Assembly: GCA_964016885.1 (NCBI GenBank)
Contig: OZ024740.1
Span: forward strand, 248,000,001 to 248,064,000
Source of the DNA: Eledone cirrhosa
Taxonomy: Eukaryota
Reading direction: 5' to 3'
DNA length: 64,000 nucleotides
Shown: positions 59,550 to 64,000 of the stretch, one piece after another
Position numbering within the stretch: the first letter of the stretch is position 1
How the letters are laid out: every line of letters starts with the position of its first letter
Translations under genes and position numbers: made by a program
Notes under the pieces: model-generated
What the model saw: only the letters and a program-made list of their open reading frames with translations
Database searches by the model: none
Told to the model about the DNA's origin: nothing

Positions 59550-62500
59550 GATTTCAACCTCCTACAAAATTTTCTGTGTGGGAAATAAAGACGTGCTAGG
59601 TGAAGTAGGGATTTTGGTAGCAGAAAAATGGGTAAACAAAGTAATTGCAATTGCTGTAAATGACAGAATAATTAAACTTAGACTTGTCCTAAATAGAGCA
59701 CCTTGATTTGGACTGCCAGACATACTAAAAGACATGTTTTATGAGTCCCTAATGCACACAACCTTCCAAATAAATGACAGCAACATCATAGTCTTTGCAG
59801 GTGACTTTAATGGGCTTGTTGGGCAACACTACAAGGGCTTCGAGGGGATCCACAGGGGTTACGGATTTAGCACTAGAAACAAAGGGTTCAGACTCTTGGA
59901 ATTCTGCGATGCAAATGACCTATTTATCTGTAAGATGAACTTCAAAATATGAGACAACCACTTAATCACCTACAGATCAGGTAAGCACGCCAGCCAAATA
60001 GATTTCATTCTTACCTGAAGACGAGACAGAGTGACTGTTGTGAACACAAGTCCCTCCCCAGTGAAGAATGCACCTCCGAACCTAACTTAGTAGTTAGCGA
60101 CCTTATAGCTAGGGCTAAAACCTGGCAACAGGAGACAACCTGGAGGAGAATATGGAAGCTAAGAAAACCTATTGAAAGCGACAGATGAAATCTGTGGTTG
60201 GAGTAGGTCTCTAGGGAGATGGAGAGTGACTTGGTAGTTGAATAGTAAAGTAGACGAGATAATTAAGGCCAAAAAACAGGCCTGGAAGGATTGGCGAAAT
60301 GGAGGTAGCAGAGAAGTCTACCAGAAGTCTAAGAGAGAAGCTAACCAACAAGAATGTATACCTTGCAAGAAGGGAGCAAAAAACAAAAAAATTCAAGCAT
60401 GTTTTGCAGCGTGAGGATCAAAGGCGTGGGGTGTTCAGTATAGCAAGATAGAGTGTCAGGGAAAATTATGATGTCAGTGGGGAGAAGTGAGTCTGATATG
60501 ATTTTGGCAAACTTGCCCTCACTGACACTGAAAAGAGGGTAATATGGAAGTGCCGCTATGAAAGATAATTGAATGAGGAGAATGCATGGGAAGAAAATAG
60601 TTTGCCCTATGTCGACCCAACAGAGGGACTGGCTGTATGAGTCAGCAGTAAGGCAATCAAGGATATGAAGTCAGGCAGGGCAGGTGGCCCCTCAGGGATA
60701 GTTTTCGAGATGCTGAGAGCATCAGGAATGATAGGCCACACCATAGTCTCTTGCATTATAAACCAAGTTATACAAAATGGTGTCATACCCAATGGCTGGT
60801 GCAGCAGCATCATCATAAACTGCCATAAGAGTAAAGGTGATGCTCTAGATAGAGAAAACTATAGAGGCATGAAGTTGGCTGACCAGGTTATGAAGGTCAC
60901 TGAAAGAGCCATAGCTCAGCTCATTAGAGAACGAGTTAACCTAGATGAGATGCAGTTTGGATTTGTACCAGGTAAAAGTACCACAGATGCCCTCTTCCTT
61001 GTAAAACAACTGCAGGAGAAGTACCTAGCTAAGAGTAAACCCCTCTACTTGGCTTTTCTAGACCTGGAGAAAGCTTTTGACATAGTACCCGTTCCATTAT
61101 CTGGTAGGCTCTTAGAAAACTAGGAGTAGCTGAGTGGCTTATGAGGGCAGTACAAGCTATGTATAGAAGAACAGTCAGCAAGGTCAGAATTAACAATAAC
61201 TATAGCAAAGAATTTAGCATGCAGGCTGGTGTCCATCAGGGCTCAGTTCTTAGTCCTCTCCTCTTTATTATCATCCTGCTAGCAATAATGGAGGACTTTA
61301 AGACTGGCTGCCCATGGGAACTCCTGTATGCAGATGACCTAACCCATATAGCCAAATCTATACCTGAATTAGAGATTAAATTCCAAACCTGGAAACATGG
61401 TCTAGAATCAAATGATCTTAAAGTCAACTTGGCAGATACTAAAGTTCTAGTAAGTAGAAAGGAAAACAGGACCCAGATCTTCTCAGGGAAATGGACCTGC
61501 TCAATGTGCAGAAAAAGAGTAGGTATAAATTCCATTCCAATGTCCCAAATGCAAACTATGGGTACAAAAGAGATGTAGCAGGAACTCAGGCAGGCTAACA
61601 AAGAACGTAGGTTTTACATGTGGCTGGTGCACAGAGGCAGTAAGTAGCAAGAATTCTCAGGATACAATCTCCTTCAAATGGGCTCTGTAGAAGTGGTAGA
61701 TAATTTCTGTTACCTGGATGACCAAATCAGCAGTGGATGAGGGTGTTCCGAAAGCACAGTAACCAGTGTGAGATCGGGTTGGAGAAAGTTTAGTGAGCTA
61801 CTATCGCTGCTAACTACAAAAGGTTTTTCCCTCAAAATGAAAGGCAGACTGTATGATGCATGTATGCGAACAACAATGTTGCACAGCAGCGAAACCTGGG
61901 CACAGTGTGCAGAGGACCTGCGAAGATTGGAAAGAAATGAAGCCTCCATGCTTCGATGGATGCGCAATAGCAATATACATGAATGGCAAAGCATAAATGA
62001 ACAGCGAGAGAAATTAGGCGTAAGAGGGATCAGATGCAGTGTGCAGGAGAGGAGATTGCGTTGGTATGGACATGTGATGTGTATGAAGAACGACAGCTGT
62101 ATAAAAAGATGCAGAGCACTCAAAGTTGACAGTAACCACGGAGTGGGCAGGCTAAGGAAGTCTTGGGATGAGGAAATAAGAGCTGACTTTGTACATTTAC
62201 ACCTCACGTAGGCGATGACACAGGACTGTGATATCTGGCACTATGCAGTATTACAGAAGACCCGCCCTCCCATATCCTCAAACTGAGTCATATATCTAGT
62301 AGACACCACCTAACCCTACCATCTCCCCTCCCATACACCTCCCTTGTTGTAATCATCCCACCCCTATACCTACATCCCTAATTCCCCACCCTACTCAAGT
62401 CCCTAACCCACACCATAAAGTAGTCCCCCTGAAGCCACGACAAAAGTGCCCAGCCCACACTATAAAGTGGTCATGTAGGTGTCACGACAAAAGCGCCCAG

Positions 62501-62762
62501 TCCACACTGTCAGGTGGTCATATAGGTGTCACAACAAGAGCGCCCAGTCCACACTGTAAATGTGGTTGTATAGGTGTCATGACAAAAAGCACCCAGCACA
62601 CACTGTAAATGTGGTTGGCGTTAGGAAGGGTATCCAGCAGTAGAAACCAGGCCAAAATCAATTCACAGTTTTCCAACCTGATCTGTCACAAAGGGATAGC
62701 CCGTCCTAGCCATGCTAGCGTGGAAAATGGATGTCAAACGATGACAATGATGATGATGATGA
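59550..62762 (+). mobile_element. RTE family 1 LINE, near full ORF span, defective
   Basis: APE GDFNGLVG, RT ORFs 60665-61578, 3' UTR with tandem units, (GAT)n tail. Confidence 0.92.
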
Positions 62763-63484
62763 TTCCTGACCAATTCTCTTTGTTAGTTTAGTAGACCTCA
62801 AGGATTTTTGAATTTTCCTCAATGCTTACTGTGACTGCAGCTATTAGCCAAGGAATGGCTATTTCCAGCGGTAGTTGCGAAATTTTAATCCTTATTAGTC
62901 TCATTCCGCAGTAGAACGGAATGAGCAGGATCTCATCACTCTGTAAAGGTTTCATGGAGTGACATCTTGCTTCTTCCTCCATAGTAAATCTCACCTCCAC
63001 CATACCAAATGCTCTGCCTTGTTGTATAAAAGTTTTCTGGTTCCATACAGAACCTAAAGCTTTCTGGGTATTAGCCTCTGTGGCTCTCTCTATTTTTTTT
63101 ATTTTCAATCCAATAATACAATACGTTACAGTCCAACGTATTTTGGATCATTTCATGCGGTGTGTTGATGTTCACAATGAAGCCAGTTTTTGGACCAATC
63201 TTCTTGCTTGTTTTACTTCTTCGGAGAAAGTGATTTTCGAAAAAAAAGTTTTTATGGCACTAGCAAAAGATTTGGTAGTGCTAGCATTATTTGTTGATTT
63301 GTTGGTAGATTTGTTGTTGCTGCTGTTATTGTTCATGTTTTCACTTTTATTGCTGTTGTTTTCATTGTTCTTTGTTTTCACTTTTAATGCTGTTGTTTTC
63401 ATTGTTCTTTGTTTTCATTTTTAATGCTGTTGTTTTCATTGTTTTTGTTGTTGTTGATTTTGTTTTTCATGTTGAATTCGCTCT

Positions 63485-63668
63485 CTGGCAGTATCGGTAG
63501 AAGGTCGGACGCCATGCTTTGCAGCATAGAGTTATGCCCCTTTATAGTCTGAGTTCAAACCCCGACATGGTTCACTTTGCCTTTCATCCTTATGGGGTCG
63601 ATAAAATAAAGTACCAGTAATATACTGGGATAATTGCTGGCTTTGTGCCAAAAGTAGAAACAATTATT
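63485..63668 (+). mobile_element. tRNA-SINE inserted in the Tx1 ORF1 remnant
   Basis: Family consensus. Confidence 0.85.
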
Positions 63669-64000
63669 CTTTTGATTGTTCAAAACCATATTATTTAAAA
63701 TAATATGGTTTTGTTTTTCCTTAAAAACTGTCTCCATTATAGAGACGCTGTCTTCATTTTTTCTTTCTGTTTCTGACAACTGTTGAGGCTGTTGTCTGGA
63801 CAATGAAGGAAGATATTCTGCATGAGTGGGAGATTCTGAAAATGCAGGGCTTGATAGACCAGATAAAACTCCAGATAATGCATAAAGTCATGCATTAGCT
63901 AAAAAAGGTCAACCTAGCTAACAAAGCACTAGAGGTAATCAGAGGCGAACACAGAAAACCACTTACACTTGATGACATTAACCAGCTGCTATATGCCACT

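Larger units (their letters stand above)
56047..63790 (-). mobile_element. One degenerate Tx1 LINE split into 56047-58279 and 62762-63790 by later insertions
   Basis: ...AAACTCCCAT | TCCTGACCAATTCTC... rejoins to match the uninterrupted copy at ~15637-15665. Confidence 0.82.

Noticed and set aside
54315-64000. Upstream ERMP1 exon (expected SDTDFRIYRD-like motif)
   Set aside because: Not found by eye; presumably beyond the window.

Overview
Eukaryotic, AT-rich, repeat-dense animal DNA; the SINE/RTE/Tx1 repeat types suggest a cephalopod such as Octopus (inference). The only host gene is on the minus strand: six GT-AG exons with compatible phases (54222-54314, 33634-33852, 29986-30212, 8932-9097, 7583-7773, 110-265) encode the middle of an ERMP1-like M28 ER metallopeptidase, and both gene ends appear to lie outside the window. 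The introns are almost entirely decayed mobile elements: six L1/Tx1-clade LINEs (all minus strand, mostly at (ATT)n tracts), two RTE families, R4/Dong-like, CRE-like and Penelope-like fragments, two Gypsy remnants, mariner, maT (DD37D), hAT, a Helitron and many tRNA-derived SINEs. Most notable: (1) a ~400-nt tandem repeat carrying type I hammerhead-ribozyme folds (retrozyme-like), hidden because a Helitron containing three more elements was inserted between the units; (2) RTE 3' UTRs built from a 48-nt tandem unit that can fold into consecutive H-type pseudoknots; (3) a possible ATT-targeting Tx1 LINE/SINE partnership forming head-to-tail trains. Exon, TIR and TSD coordinates were read by eye; boundaries of decayed elements are approximate.
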